Notes: generated by a model from the sequence alone, not told the origin. A DNA stretch of 64,000 nucleotides from an uncultured Brevinematales bacterium (GCA_964428015.1 CAYRWR010000008.1:8916-72915); one strand, 5' to 3'. Positions 37,641 to 47,656 are shown, numbered from the stretch's first letter. Translations and numbers: made by a program.

Positions 37641-38591
37641 TCAGTCATCCCTTCGGATTAAAGTGGGGATGAAGCTTTTTTGAATTTTATTTCTACTATC
37701 TTTTTGCAGTGAAGCTATCATTTCACTGGCTCCGGAAAAACCCATTTCAAAAGCCGGCTGGGCAATGCTGGAAAGCCCCAGGTACTGTGATGCTTCCTTG
37801 TCATCATAGCCCAGGATCAGGGGGTGAAGACCGGATTTGCGTCGCGCCTTGAGACCGCCATAGGCCAGTTCATCACAGAAATAAAATATCCCGTCGGGGG
37901 AATATTTCTGCATGGCCTGGAGGGTAGCTTCCAGGCTATCCAATTCATTAATAGGTATCCGCATATCACCAACCAATTCCAGCCCTTCCTGTTGAATAAC
38001 TTCTTCAAATCCCTGAAAGCGTTCGTCCTGTTGTTGAGTCTGCGTGTTTTCTCCGATGTATAGAATATTCCGGCAGCCCTGATCTAAGAGGTGACGGGCA
38101 GCTATTCTACCGCCCTGATGGTTATCGATAAAAAAGCTGGGATCATTTTCATCAAAATAATCGATATAGTAATAGAGTGTCCGGCTGTCGTTCAGGGCTT
38201 TTCGGGCTGTTTCGGGCAGAGCACAGGCTACGATTAATAGTCCGGGCAGGGCTTCATCCAGAATGTGTTCATATACTTCTTCTTTTTCTTCACCCAGGTT
38301 AAAAATCATGATATTGTAGTCTAGTTCAGAGACCGCGGAGTAGATCCCTTTAAGGATTTCAAAATAGAAAGGATGCACTGCCACCGGCAGGACCACCCCT
38401 AAAGTATGTCGCGAATATTCTCCCCGGGCCAGACTACGGGCCGCCTGATTGGGGCGAAAGTTGAGACTCCTGGCTGCTTCCATGACTTTTTGATAAGTCT
38501 CCGGGCTGACACTCTTGCCCCCATTAATCACCCGGGAGACAGTACCCAGTCCCACACCTGCCAGACGTGCTATATCCTTGATGGTCGCCAT
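37641..38591 (-). CDS. LacI-family transcriptional regulator (MalR-like)
   Basis: N-terminal HTH MATIKDIARLAGVGLGTVSRVINGGKSVSPETYQKVMEAARSLNFRPNQAARSLA, followed by a periplasmic-binding-protein-like sugar-binding fold. Confidence 0.9.
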   Translation of the reverse strand: MATIKDIARLAGVGLGTVSRVINGGKSVSPETYQKVMEAARSLNFRPNQAARSLARGEYSRHTLGVVLPVAVHPFYFEILKGIYSAVSELDYNIMIFNLGEEKEEVYEHILDEALPGLLIVACALPETARKALNDSRTLYYYIDYFDENDPSFFIDNHQGGRIAARHLLDQGCRNILYIGENTQTQQQDERFQGFEEVIQQEGLELVGDMRIPINELDSLEATLQAMQKYSPDGIFYFCDELAYGGLKARRKSGLHPLILGYDDKEASQYLGLSSIAQPAFEMGFSGASEMIASLQKDSRNKIQKSFIPTLIRRDD

Positions 38592-38608
38592 ATGACCTCC
38601 ATTCCCAA

Positions 38609-38637
38609 ATTATACTCTGGAAACGTTTCCATGTCAA
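38609..38637 (-). promoter_or_regulatory. sigma-70 promoter with embedded LacI-type operator (autoregulated regulator-GH31 operon)
   Basis: Minus strand reads TTGACA-TGGAAACGTTTCCA-GAG-TATAAT (17-nt spacer), then GGAGG and ATG 38591. The 14-bp perfect palindrome is at 38618-38631. Confidence 0.65.
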
Positions 38638-38755
38638 GGACTGAAGACCGCTTTTTCTCTGAGTATATCATAACTAATATTGTATTAAAATTACGCTTGT
38701 TCTAATATAAATTAAGCTTTGATGTAATTCGAGAACTTTTTAAGGAGTTGTTGAC

Positions 38756-39184
38756 ATGAAAAATATTGCATTAATTGTAGTCTTATTCATTTTAACGGTT
38801 AGCTGTACTTTCAGAGATCCCAATGAAATTATTATGCAGGATGGGCGGTGGGAAGGTACTAATGTCCAGTTTAACATTTTTGATAATAAAATCACTCCGG
38901 ATGGTAGTACACTCTATTATGGATACTGTATGTTAATTACTCTGGTGCTGACCAATACCAACCAGATATATAATTATACATTTGGGTATGGCGGAGAGTC
39001 ATTTCATGTCGTTTATATCACCGATAATCATTTCAGTGTGGATGTTTATGGATGTAAGGTCACAGGTACTGTGATCAGTCCGACCTCTATGATAGGCACA
39101 GCTCATTATGTAAACGAAGATTCTTATTATGGGCATGAAGAAGGTTATATTGATTGGTCAGCAAACCTGATCCAGGCCCGCTAA
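38756..39184 (+). CDS. hypothetical lipoprotein
   Basis: SD AAGGAG. Lipobox MKNIALIVVLFILTVSC. 142 aa with no recognisable domain. Confidence 0.55.
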   Translation: MKNIALIVVLFILTVSCTFRDPNEIIMQDGRWEGTNVQFNIFDNKITPDGSTLYYGYCMLITLVLTNTNQIYNYTFGYGGESFHVVYITDNHFSVDVYGCKVTGTVISPTSMIGTAHYVNEDSYYGHEEGYIDWSANLIQAR

Positions 39185-39297
39185 TCTCAGCATTCCAAAA
39201 ATAAAAAAATGTATACATCTCTGGTTCAAATCGGAAATACTTTAACGTATTTCCTGTGACTTCCGTTACACTATTCCGCCTGAGGACCTCTATTCGG

Positions 39298-39326
39298 TTG
39301 ACATGGAAACGTTTCCATGCTAATAT
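39298..39326 (+). promoter_or_regulatory. sigma-70 promoter with embedded LacI-type operator (GH13-GH13-GH63 operon)
   Basis: TTGACA (39298-39303)-TGGAAACGTTTCCA (39304-39317)-TGC-TAATAT (39321-39326). The first 20 nt are identical to the promoter at 38618-38637. Confidence 0.65.
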
Positions 39327-39351
39327 GGATATACCCTATAGGAGGTTCTCT

Positions 39352-41427
39352 ATGAAAAATCTCATTCTGATTTTAATCACATTTTTAGCATTTACCGCCT
39401 GTCAACAGCCTAAGACAGACAGCACTCAGGTCCAGGTCAGAGCAGACGTCTACCCCGACCTGGATACCCGCATCAATCTGGGCAGTCTGTACTTCAACAG
39501 CCGGGACCTGGCCTGCAAGAGCCCCTTCGGCGCGGTGACGATAGGCCAGAGTGTGACCCTCCATATCTATACCGGAAAGGGGGACGTCAGAAAAGTCAAC
39601 GCCGTCCTGACCCGCCAGGACATGGTGGGGAATTCCACCATGGAAAAATATCAAAAATATAAGACCCTGCCTATGAGTATCACCGGACAAACTAATGGAC
39701 AGGATATCTGGGAAGTCACCTTTAGTATTGACAAACTGGGGGTATATGGGTACCATTTTGAGCTGTTCAAAACAGACGAAGATGCCATCGTTCTGGCGGA
39801 TAACCAGAATCAGGTCAAGGTCCCTTACGTCAACATCAAAGGTACCGGCGGAGAGGGCCGTATCACTCCCCTTAAAAAGTATAAACTACCCTACACCCTG
39901 ACCGTGTACCAGCCTGATGATAAACTGGCTCCCTGGACTGCCAACATGATCATCTATTACATCTTTCCTGACCGCTTTAAAAACGGTAATAAAAAGAACG
40001 ACCCCATTCCCGGAAAAACCCTGTTTTATGACCAAAAGACTGTGGAATTTCACGCCAACTGGAATGACCCCAAACCCTGGGTGCCGGGAAAATCCGACGG
40101 TAATGAGACTGATGATAAGGAATATTGTAACGATTTTTACGGTGGTGATCTGGAGGGAGTCATCCAAAAGCTGGACTATCTTAAAACTCTGGGGGTCAAT
40201 GTCATCTACCTTAACCCCATCTTTTTCGCCCCTTCCAACCATAAATATGACACTGCCGACTATAAAAAAATAGATCCTGCCTTTGGAGACCTGGCTGTTT
40301 TTAAAAAGCTGGTAGCGGAAGCCAAAAAACGGGATATCCACATCATCCTGGATACCTCACTCAACCATTCCGGCAGTGATTCGGTGTACATGGACCGCTA
40401 TGGTAAATACCCTGGCCTGGGAGCCTTTGAAAAAGAGGTCATCCATACCGATTCTCCTTACTATGACTGGTATGAGTTTAATCCCAAAGCCACCAACCCC
40501 GACCAGATGTACAACCAATGGGCTAACCCCACTCTGGCTAATCTTAAGGAAAGCGACTCTTACAAAAAATTCGCCTATAAAGATTCCGACAGCGTGACCC
40601 GTTACTGGCTGACTCAGGGCGCGGGAGGCTGGCGTATGGATGTGACACCCTGGGTCAGCGATGACTTCTGGCGGGAATGGCGAAATGCCATCCGAATTGA
40701 TAATCCCGAGGCTCTTACTGTCTCTGAAGTCTGGTTTGACGCTTCCAAGTACCTGGTAGGGGATATGTTTGATACCACTATGAACTATATTTTCCGGCAG
40801 TGTGTGCTGGATATGGCCCGGGGCAAGAGCGCGGAAACCGCTATGCAGGGTCTGGAAATGATCCGGGAAAATTATCCAGCTCCGGCCTTTAAACGGGCTA
40901 TGAATCTGTTGTCCAGTCATGACCTGCCCCGGGTACTGTGGGAAGTGGGCTATAAAGAATATGGTCAGACGGATTATGCAGAATTCCGGGCCCGGATGCT
41001 GCTGGCAGTCTCCTTTCAGTTCACCTATCCCGGCGCACCTACCATCTATTACGGTGATGAGATCGGCCTGACCGGGGGCAATGACCCCTTCAACCGGGGC
41101 CCCTATCCCTGGAAAGAAGACGGCGGCAATTATGGCGACCCCAGTCTGTTGGCTGATTTCCAGAAGCTGGCTGCTCTGAGGCGGTCCCACCCTGTCTTTC
41201 AGGAAGGAGAGCTGAAACTGCTCTATACTGATAAAAATCTGGTAATTATCCAGCGGCAGGATAAACAGGAAAAGATTGTGCTGGTATTTAATAATTCCAA
41301 ACAGGAAAAAGGCCTCCCTGCAGGAATCATTCCCATGAATGAATACAGGGACCTGTTCCGTGACTCTACACTCAGCATTTCTGACACTACCATGATACCG
41401 GCCCTGTCCTTTTTTATCTTGAAATAA
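39352..41427 (+). CDS. GH13 alpha-amylase-family enzyme (neopullulanase/cyclomaltodextrinase-like) lipoprotein
   Basis: ATG 39352 follows AGGAGG (the track ORF starts at 39256, upstream of the promoter). Lipobox LITFLAFTAC. GH13 regions ILDTSLNHSG, GGWRMDVTPW, VSEVW, LLSSHD. Confidence 0.9.
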   Translation: MKNLILILITFLAFTACQQPKTDSTQVQVRADVYPDLDTRINLGSLYFNSRDLACKSPFGAVTIGQSVTLHIYTGKGDVRKVNAVLTRQDMVGNSTMEKYQKYKTLPMSITGQTNGQDIWEVTFSIDKLGVYGYHFELFKTDEDAIVLADNQNQVKVPYVNIKGTGGEGRITPLKKYKLPYTLTVYQPDDKLAPWTANMIIYYIFPDRFKNGNKKNDPIPGKTLFYDQKTVEFHANWNDPKPWVPGKSDGNETDDKEYCNDFYGGDLEGVIQKLDYLKTLGVNVIYLNPIFFAPSNHKYDTADYKKIDPAFGDLAVFKKLVAEAKKRDIHIILDTSLNHSGSDSVYMDRYGKYPGLGAFEKEVIHTDSPYYDWYEFNPKATNPDQMYNQWANPTLANLKESDSYKKFAYKDSDSVTRYWLTQGAGGWRMDVTPWVSDDFWREWRNAIRIDNPEALTVSEVWFDASKYLVGDMFDTTMNYIFRQCVLDMARGKSAETAMQGLEMIRENYPAPAFKRAMNLLSSHDLPRVLWEVGYKEYGQTDYAEFRARMLLAVSFQFTYPGAPTIYYGDEIGLTGGNDPFNRGPYPWKEDGGNYGDPSLLADFQKLAALRRSHPVFQEGELKLLYTDKNLVIIQRQDKQEKIVLVFNNSKQEKGLPAGIIPMNEYRDLFRDSTLSISDTTMIPALSFFILK

Positions 41428-41440
41428 ACAGGAGTATATA

Positions 41441-43219
41441 ATGAAAAATTTCATTAAAGTGATTGCCTTATTGTTTTCTGTGCAGCTCTTAGTCAGCTGC
41501 GGGAGCGGGTTCCAGTCCACTTTTCCGGAAGAAAAACCGGTCAGTCTGCCTCAGGCTGGAAAGGGTGCTCCCCGGGTGGTGGGGGATAAGGTAGTTTTTA
41601 CCTATACCACCAAAGGGAAAAAGAAATCGGTGAATCTGGCAGGTACGTTCAATAATTGGGATAAGGAGAATCTTCCCATGCAGGAGATAAGTGAAGGGGT
41701 CTGGCAGACCAGCCTGGCTCTGAAAGAAGGAAAATATGAATATAAGTTTTATATCAACGGCAGTATGTGGGTAGCCGATCGTGACAATCCCGCGGTAACC
41801 TCAGACGGCTGGGGAAACAGCATCATCATAGTGGACCAAAAGGGCCAGGTCAAACTGATGTCGGTAGGCCTGTCTGAAAAATATCCTTCCTACCTCTATG
41901 CCAATACCGCTGCCCCGGAGAGCCCGCAGTGGATAAAAGATGCGGTTATTTACGAACTGTTCCCCCGTACCTTTACCTCACAGGGTTACCAGGGATTGAT
42001 AAAAAAACTGGATTATCTGGCTGATCTGGGGGTTACCACTCTGTGGATCATGCCTACTTTCCCCATAGGCAAAAAAAACCGTAAAGGAAGTCTGGGCAGC
42101 CCCTATTCTGTCAAAGACTATACCGATATCAATCCTGAATTTGGTACCAAAAAAGACTTCAAGGCTTTTGTAGAAGGGGCGCATAACCGGGGGATGAAAG
42201 TCATACTGGACTGGGTGCCTAATCATACCGCCTGGGACAATGACCTCACCAAAAAGCATCCCGAGTTTTATCTCAAGGATGCCAAAGGCAATATCCAGGT
42301 CCCGCCTGATACAGACTGGACCGATGTGGCCCAGCTGGATTATTCCAACGAGGGACTGAGAGAATACATGATTTCCGCCCTCAAGTACTGGGTCACTGAA
42401 TTCGGTGTTGACGGGTATCGTATGGATGTAGCCGGACGTGTGCCCCACAGCTTCTGGGATCAGGCCCGTTCTGAACTGGCCAAGGTCAGACCAGATTTGC
42501 TGCTCCTGGCTGAATCTGAAGAACCGGAACACCATCTGCATGGTTTTGATCTGACCTATTCCGGAAGTGTCAAAGGAGTGGTACAGGGTATAGCCCGCTC
42601 CAGTCAGAAACAGCATGATTTTTTCCAGGTATATAACAAACAGAAATATAATTTCCCCAAAAAAGCGCTGCGTATGAACTGGATGGAAAATCATGACCAG
42701 GTACACGCGCTCAAGAATCTGGGTGCCAAGGCCATTTATCCTGGTGCCGTCATCCATTTGACGATGGATGGGGTACCCTTGATCCTGATGGGACAGGAGA
42801 TAGGCGATACCAACTGGCAGGACTGGCACTCTTTATTTGATCCTGTACAGCTCGACTGGGAACACAGCGACACTAATCTCCAGCAGTTTTATAAGAGTCT
42901 CATCCATCTGAGACGGGAACATCCGGCCCTGCTCCACGGGGATCTTCAGCTTATCCAGACCGACCAGGAAAAAGTGGTGGCCTATGTTCGCATAGCTGAC
43001 CAGGAAGCTATACTGGTCGTGGTAAATCTCTCAGCCAAGCCTCATACTGTAAATCTTAAACCAGCTGACCTGAAAAAAGCGGGTTTTCTTCTAAAAAAAG
43101 GTCTCACCCTGAAAAGTTACTCTCCGGGAGTAGAAAAAGACAGTATACTGGAATCTCTACCCCTGGAACTGGCACCCTGGCAGTCTCTGATCCTGATGGA
43201 AGGCAGGGCTGATAAATGA
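41441..43219 (+). CDS. GH13 alpha-amylase-family enzyme with N-terminal CBM48/E-set glycogen-binding domain, lipoprotein
   Basis: Lipobox LFSVQLLVSC. VVFTYTTKGKKKSVNLAGTFNNWDKENLPMQEISEGVWQTSLALKEGKYEYKFYING (AMPK-beta-like CBM). GH13 regions ILDWVPNHTA, GYRMDVAG, LLAESEE, WMENHDQ. Confidence 0.9.
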   Translation: MKNFIKVIALLFSVQLLVSCGSGFQSTFPEEKPVSLPQAGKGAPRVVGDKVVFTYTTKGKKKSVNLAGTFNNWDKENLPMQEISEGVWQTSLALKEGKYEYKFYINGSMWVADRDNPAVTSDGWGNSIIIVDQKGQVKLMSVGLSEKYPSYLYANTAAPESPQWIKDAVIYELFPRTFTSQGYQGLIKKLDYLADLGVTTLWIMPTFPIGKKNRKGSLGSPYSVKDYTDINPEFGTKKDFKAFVEGAHNRGMKVILDWVPNHTAWDNDLTKKHPEFYLKDAKGNIQVPPDTDWTDVAQLDYSNEGLREYMISALKYWVTEFGVDGYRMDVAGRVPHSFWDQARSELAKVRPDLLLLAESEEPEHHLHGFDLTYSGSVKGVVQGIARSSQKQHDFFQVYNKQKYNFPKKALRMNWMENHDQVHALKNLGAKAIYPGAVIHLTMDGVPLILMGQEIGDTNWQDWHSLFDPVQLDWEHSDTNLQQFYKSLIHLRREHPALLHGDLQLIQTDQEKVVAYVRIADQEAILVVVNLSAKPHTVNLKPADLKKAGFLLKKGLTLKSYSPGVEKDSILESLPLELAPWQSLILMEGRADK

Positions 43220-45588
43220 AAAGACTTTCATTAATTTTAATAGTGCTCTTTTCCCAAGCCATGGCCTTTGCCAAAGAGATGGTGCTGATATTTCAGGACA
43301 AAGACACCCTGCAAGGTTTGGATAAAGTCAGTGTTATTCTGATGAAGGACGGAAAACGTGATAAACTGGGGAGCAGCGACGGGAGCGGTAAAGTCAGTAT
43401 CACCTATGATAAAAAAGCCACGGGTAATAAAGTGATGTTTTTCCGTAAAGGCTATAAAAAAGAGTGTATGGCATACGAGGATATCATGAAACAGAAAGAA
43501 CCGTTACTGCTGCAGGAAAAAATGCCCCCTCTGGAAGTTAAGAATCTCAGAGTACTGCAGGAAGATGGAAAGACCTGGCTGGTTTGGGACGCGTCGGCAT
43601 CACCGGATACGGATTATTACCAGATCTACTACCGGGAGGGCCTGAATCCCTACCAGAGACTGAAGGATAAATATACTTCTACCCGTCTGGAAATTGTCCC
43701 CCTGGAAGAGGCAAGGGATTATTACTTCCAGGTCAAAGCCCAGGATAAGAATAAAAATAAAAACAAAGGAACAGAACTGCATTACTACCACCAGTCCGAC
43801 TACCCCATGCTACCCCAGACTGCTTCAGTGAGTGGTACTGTCTCCGGACTGGAAGGGCAGAATGGCCTGGTCATATTTTATCCTGTCAACCTGGGAGATA
43901 CACTACAGGTGGATGCCGCTCCGCGAAAAATAAAATGTGATGCCTCCGGTGGTTTTCAGATCAAAGATCTCCCTGAGGGACGTTATACCGTAAAAGCCTT
44001 TGCTGATATGAATGGCAACGGAGCCTGGGATGGTAACTGGCTCAAGGCCCTGCCTGAACCAAGAGCTATTCTGTATGATATTAGGGTCAGCAAAAAAACA
44101 CCTCTAAAACTAAATCTGAAACTGGAAAAAAAGTTCACGGGTATGCCCAAGGTAATCTATGATGAATCACCCGGTTACATCGATCTCTACCAGGCTGCCT
44201 GGCAAATGGCCAGAGCCAAAATCACCCCCGGTCATACTGAGAACGGATTTGTCACGGCCTATATGGACGAAGGTTTCAATAACCACATATATCAGTGGGA
44301 CACCTGCTTTATGATGTTTTTTGGCATCTACGGCGGGGATGACTTTCCGGCTATGAACAGCCTGGATAATTTCTATCTCAAACAGCGCCCCAATGGATAT
44401 ATCTGCCGGGTCCAGAATGAAGATACCGGGAAGGACTACGATCCCAGCCTAAACGATCCTAGTGTGAACCCGCCTCTCTATGCCTGGCTGGAATGGACCT
44501 ATCTGCGGGTCACCGGTGATGACAGCCGTCTGCTGTGGGCTCTGACTCATCTGGACCGCTATTATCACTGGCTCAAGAATAATGTTAGAAGGGAGGGAGG
44601 CTGGTACTTCACTTCGAACCTGGGCTCCGGCATGGATAATTCTCCCCGGGAGGGGCAGGCCTGGGGCTGGGTGGATATGACCGCGCAGATGGCATTGTTT
44701 GCCGACCGGATGGCAGCCCTGGCCAGACAGGCGGGGATACCTTCAGCAAAGGCATATTATGAAAAGGAATACCAGGATCTCAGCAGTCTGATAAATACTA
44801 CCATGTGGGATGAGGATAAGCAGATTTACTTTGACGTGAAAAAAAATTCTTCTCTGCATCGTAAGAAAACCATCGCTTCTTTCTGGCCTATGCTGGCCCG
44901 TATTGTTTCAGCAGACCGGCTCAAAGGCCTGGTGTCTCATCTGGAAAACCCGGCGGAATTTAAAACCCTGCATGTTTTCCCCACACTGGCCAGGGACGAA
45001 GCGGAATATGACCCTAAAGGATACTATTGGAGAGGGGGAGTGTGGGCGCCCACTACATTTATGGTGATAAAGGGGCTGGAAGCAAACGGTCTGTATGACC
45101 TGGCCCGCCGGTCCGCACTCAATCATGTCCATAATATGTGGAAGATATACCAGAACTGTGTGCCTGATAAAAATAAACTACCCTACAAAGAAAGTAATAT
45201 CCCCTTCCCGGCACACCTGGACGGCACAAAACAAATCTGGGAATTGTACAGCCCGGAAAAAGAAGAACCCGGTACCCGCTGGGATAACCAGTTTTATGGC
45301 CGGCCGGAATTTGTGGGCTGGAGCGGTGTGGGTCCCATAGTACTTTTCATCGAAAATATCCTGGGGATTGTACCGGATGCCCTTTCCAAAAAAATAGTCT
45401 GGAGAGTGAACAGTGGCAAAAAGCACGGTATCCAAGGTCTGGGCTTTTTGGGAGGAAGGGTAGACCTGGTCATGGAAGGTATCAAGGACGGACAGCCCAG
45501 TTTTACTATACATTCCAGCCGTGATTTTGAACTGGAGGTGTGGTATCTGAACAAAAAGAGGGTGATTCCTGTAACAGCCGATCTTTGA
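43216..45588 (+). CDS. multidomain glycoside hydrolase: Ig/Fn3-like N-terminal modules + GH63-like (alpha/alpha)6 catalytic domain
   Basis: ATGA overlap with the upstream gene. Signal peptide. Fn3-like LEVKNLRVLQEDGKTWLVWDAS...YYFQVKAQD. DUF2141-like GRYTVKAFADMNGNGAWDGN. C-terminus YQWDTCFMMFF...NPPLYAWLEW...GSGMDNSPR...GGVWAPTTFMVIKGL is typical of GH63/MGH-type six-hairpin hydrolases. Confidence 0.7.
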   Translation: MKRLSLILIVLFSQAMAFAKEMVLIFQDKDTLQGLDKVSVILMKDGKRDKLGSSDGSGKVSITYDKKATGNKVMFFRKGYKKECMAYEDIMKQKEPLLLQEKMPPLEVKNLRVLQEDGKTWLVWDASASPDTDYYQIYYREGLNPYQRLKDKYTSTRLEIVPLEEARDYYFQVKAQDKNKNKNKGTELHYYHQSDYPMLPQTASVSGTVSGLEGQNGLVIFYPVNLGDTLQVDAAPRKIKCDASGGFQIKDLPEGRYTVKAFADMNGNGAWDGNWLKALPEPRAILYDIRVSKKTPLKLNLKLEKKFTGMPKVIYDESPGYIDLYQAAWQMARAKITPGHTENGFVTAYMDEGFNNHIYQWDTCFMMFFGIYGGDDFPAMNSLDNFYLKQRPNGYICRVQNEDTGKDYDPSLNDPSVNPPLYAWLEWTYLRVTGDDSRLLWALTHLDRYYHWLKNNVRREGGWYFTSNLGSGMDNSPREGQAWGWVDMTAQMALFADRMAALARQAGIPSAKAYYEKEYQDLSSLINTTMWDEDKQIYFDVKKNSSLHRKKTIASFWPMLARIVSADRLKGLVSHLENPAEFKTLHVFPTLARDEAEYDPKGYYWRGGVWAPTTFMVIKGLEANGLYDLARRSALNHVHNMWKIYQNCVPDKNKLPYKESNIPFPAHLDGTKQIWELYSPEKEEPGTRWDNQFYGRPEFVGWSGVGPIVLFIENILGIVPDALSKKIVWRVNSGKKHGIQGLGFLGGRVDLVMEGIKDGQPSFTIHSSRDFELEVWYLNKKRVIPVTADL

Positions 45589-45595
45589 TAACAGG

Positions 45596-45624
45596 CAGGG
45601 AGTTGTATACTCCCTGTTTTTTTT
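45596..45624 (+). terminator. rho-independent terminator of the GH operon
   Basis: CAGGGAG-TTGTATA-CTCCCTG (45596-45616) followed by TTTTTTTT. Confidence 0.8.
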
Positions 45625-45636
45625 CGCTCTGAAACT

Positions 45637-45664
45637 TTGACAGGATTTCCTGTTTCGATATAAT
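45637..45664 (+). promoter_or_regulatory. consensus sigma-70 promoter
   Basis: TTGACA (45637-45642)-16 nt-TATAAT (45659-45664). The -10 hexamer overlaps the ATG at 45663 used by the ORF track, which argues for a downstream start. Confidence 0.6.
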
Positions 45665-45695
45665 GTATACAAAAATAATAGTACGAGGTATGGCT

Positions 45696-46139
45696 ATGGA
45701 ACAGGTTTTCCACATTATTCCACCCCGTCAATCACCCTATCTGGCAGTTATCAGTATCATCACATTCCTTCTAATCTTAATGATAATGTTTGTGATTATG
45801 AGCTTTTCCATGAAGAAGGTAAAGTATATAGTCAATGACAGCAGCCTCATTATTAAGGGACTGTTTTCAGCAAAAACATTCGCTCTGTCTGATCTGCAAA
45901 AAGATGCTATCCGGGTGGTGAACCTGAAGACTGCAGATGAGCTGCAGCCGGTTTATCGAATGAACGGAGTGGGCCTGCCCGGTTTTCAGAGCGGCTGGTA
46001 CCGTCTTAAAAATAATCATAAGGCATTGTTATTTCTTAGTGACCACGCTCAAGTGGTCTACATTCCCACAGTTAAGGACTTTGTACTCCTGCTCAGCGTG
46101 GACGATCCTTCAGCCATGGTTAAAGCCCTGCAGAATTAA
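45696..46139 (+). CDS. membrane-anchored bacterial PH-domain-like protein, unknown function
   Basis: ATG 45696 lies 7 nt after GAGG and downstream of the predicted transcription start. One or two N-terminal TM helices (YLAVISIITFLLILMIMFVIMSF), then SSLIIKGLFSAKTF...GWYRLKNNHKALLFLSDHAQVVYIP. Confidence 0.5.
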   Translation: MEQVFHIIPPRQSPYLAVISIITFLLILMIMFVIMSFSMKKVKYIVNDSSLIIKGLFSAKTFALSDLQKDAIRVVNLKTADELQPVYRMNGVGLPGFQSGWYRLKNNHKALLFLSDHAQVVYIPTVKDFVLLLSVDDPSAMVKALQN

Positions 46140-46170
46140 TCCAAAAATATTTTTATAACAAGGAATTACT

Positions 46171-46575
46171 ATGCTAAAAACATGGCTGCTGGTACTGACA
46201 ATATTCCTGATTGCAGGGTGCAAGGGGGCAAAAACAGTGGAATACAGCTATTTTGACGGGAGCGGAAACCAATACCGTCTGACTTTGGATCCCCTGGTAC
46301 TGGAGTATAATCCCATCCAGCCCCTGGAGAGTTCTTCCGGTGAATACAGCGGAGGGGAAGCATATCGCTATGTATTAACCAGTGAGCAATTGGATGCTTT
46401 AAAAAACGCGATCGATATCGCGGTTAGTGACACCATACACCATATCTCCAACCGGGTGATGATGTCCGGGATGATCAGGATAAAAAATGAACACAGCAGT
46501 GAAGTATATATCCTCAGCCCTGGTGCGCCTTCCAAAGCCAGGATAGAGGAATTATTACATTCCTATAAACCTTAA
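46171..46575 (+). CDS. hypothetical lipoprotein
   Basis: Lipobox MLKTWLLVLTIFLIAGC. 134 aa. Confidence 0.55.
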   Translation: MLKTWLLVLTIFLIAGCKGAKTVEYSYFDGSGNQYRLTLDPLVLEYNPIQPLESSSGEYSGGEAYRYVLTSEQLDALKNAIDIAVSDTIHHISNRVMMSGMIRIKNEHSSEVYILSPGAPSKARIEELLHSYKP

Positions 46576-46605
46576 CCTTTAGCAAACAAATTTTGGAGAG
46601 ATGAA

Positions 46606-47052
46606 ATGGACGCTGGGGAACTGCAGAGTTATATCTACGAGCATATTCCAGTTATCGCACAAAACCATTTTGAGATCCAGGAAATAAAAGATGAACAGGT
46701 TTTTTTTAAAGGCAGCCTCAAAGAACATATAAATCACAGGGACTCCGCTTTTGGAGGCAGTCTTTCTTCTCTCATGATACTTACAGCCTGGTCTGCCGTC
46801 AGGATTATGACGGATAAACTGAAAAATGTGGTCATTGTCATCCAGAATTCCCATGTGGATTTTCTGAAACCGGTTCTGGCAGATTTTACTGCTGTAAATC
46901 ATCAGCTGCCCCCGGCTATCAGGCAAAAGTTATTCCAGAGTCTGCAACGTTTTGGCAAGGGCAGAGTGACAATGAATGTCGATCTCTATACCAATGACCC
47001 TCATGATATACTGGCATCTTTCAAAGGTGATTTTGTAGTGGTGCAAAAATAA
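46606..47052 (+). CDS. hot-dog-fold thioesterase (YiiD C-terminal-domain-like)
   Basis: 148 aa. ...HINHRDSAFGGSLSSLMILTAWSAVRI...IQNSHVDFLKPV... resembles the YiiD_C/4HBT thioesterase family. Confidence 0.55.
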   Translation: MDAGELQSYIYEHIPVIAQNHFEIQEIKDEQVFFKGSLKEHINHRDSAFGGSLSSLMILTAWSAVRIMTDKLKNVVIVIQNSHVDFLKPVLADFTAVNHQLPPAIRQKLFQSLQRFGKGRVTMNVDLYTNDPHDILASFKGDFVVVQK

Positions 47053-47068
47053 ATCGGTACTAATTTCA

Positions 47069-47656
47069 TTAAATAAACAGATATTCCTGACGGATAATAG
47101 GTTCTCCGATTTCCAGTTCCAGAGCACTGATCTCATTATCATCCACCCACTTGGGTACCCGGGTACACCGGAACTGGTGTTCCAGACCGGATTGACGGAT
47201 CAATTCTATAGAACGTTTGATGCGGCGGATGTCAATATCAGGTAAATCTACAGTCTTTCCGTATTTGCTCCAGGAGTTTTTAATATCCATGGCGATAAAG
47301 TCCACCAGCCCGGAATCGATGGCTTCTTCCAATACCTCAGGTAGATACCCGTTGGTGTCAAGTTTGGTTTTAAAAGCATGCTGCTGGCACCAGCGGAAGA
47401 ATTTTTTCAGTCCTTTCCAGCTGAGGCTGGGCTCACCCCCGGTCACACATACCGCCTGGATTTTTCCGCGCCGGGCTATGAGGTAATCCTGAATATCTTT
47501 GACTTCCAGGTCGGGGAGTTTTTCGTACTGGTGAGGGTAAATCAAATCCTGATTGTAGCACCAGGGACAGCGGAAATTACAGCCGGCTGTGAACAGAGTA
47601 CAGCAGGTCAGCCCGGGATAATCCACCAGACTGACCCTTTCCATGCCTTTAAACAT
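47069..47656 (-). CDS. nrdG: anaerobic ribonucleoside-triphosphate reductase activating protein (radical SAM)
   Basis: VSLVDYPGLTCCTLFTAGCNFRCPWCYNQDL (CxxxCxxC cluster) and GVCVTGGEP-like QAVCVTGGEPS. An alternative start ATG 47644 (MERVSL...) would avoid overlap with the small upstream ORF. Confidence 0.9.
   Translation of the reverse strand: MFKGMERVSLVDYPGLTCCTLFTAGCNFRCPWCYNQDLIYPHQYEKLPDLEVKDIQDYLIARRGKIQAVCVTGGEPSLSWKGLKKFFRWCQQHAFKTKLDTNGYLPEVLEEAIDSGLVDFIAMDIKNSWSKYGKTVDLPDIDIRRIKRSIELIRQSGLEHQFRCTRVPKWVDDNEISALELEIGEPIIRQEYLFI

Noticed and set aside
40357-41520. 387-aa minus-strand ORF (and the 283-aa ORF at 41978-42829)
   Set aside because: Both lie antisense to GH13 genes that carry all four catalytic-region motifs. 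They are shadow ORFs with no start context.
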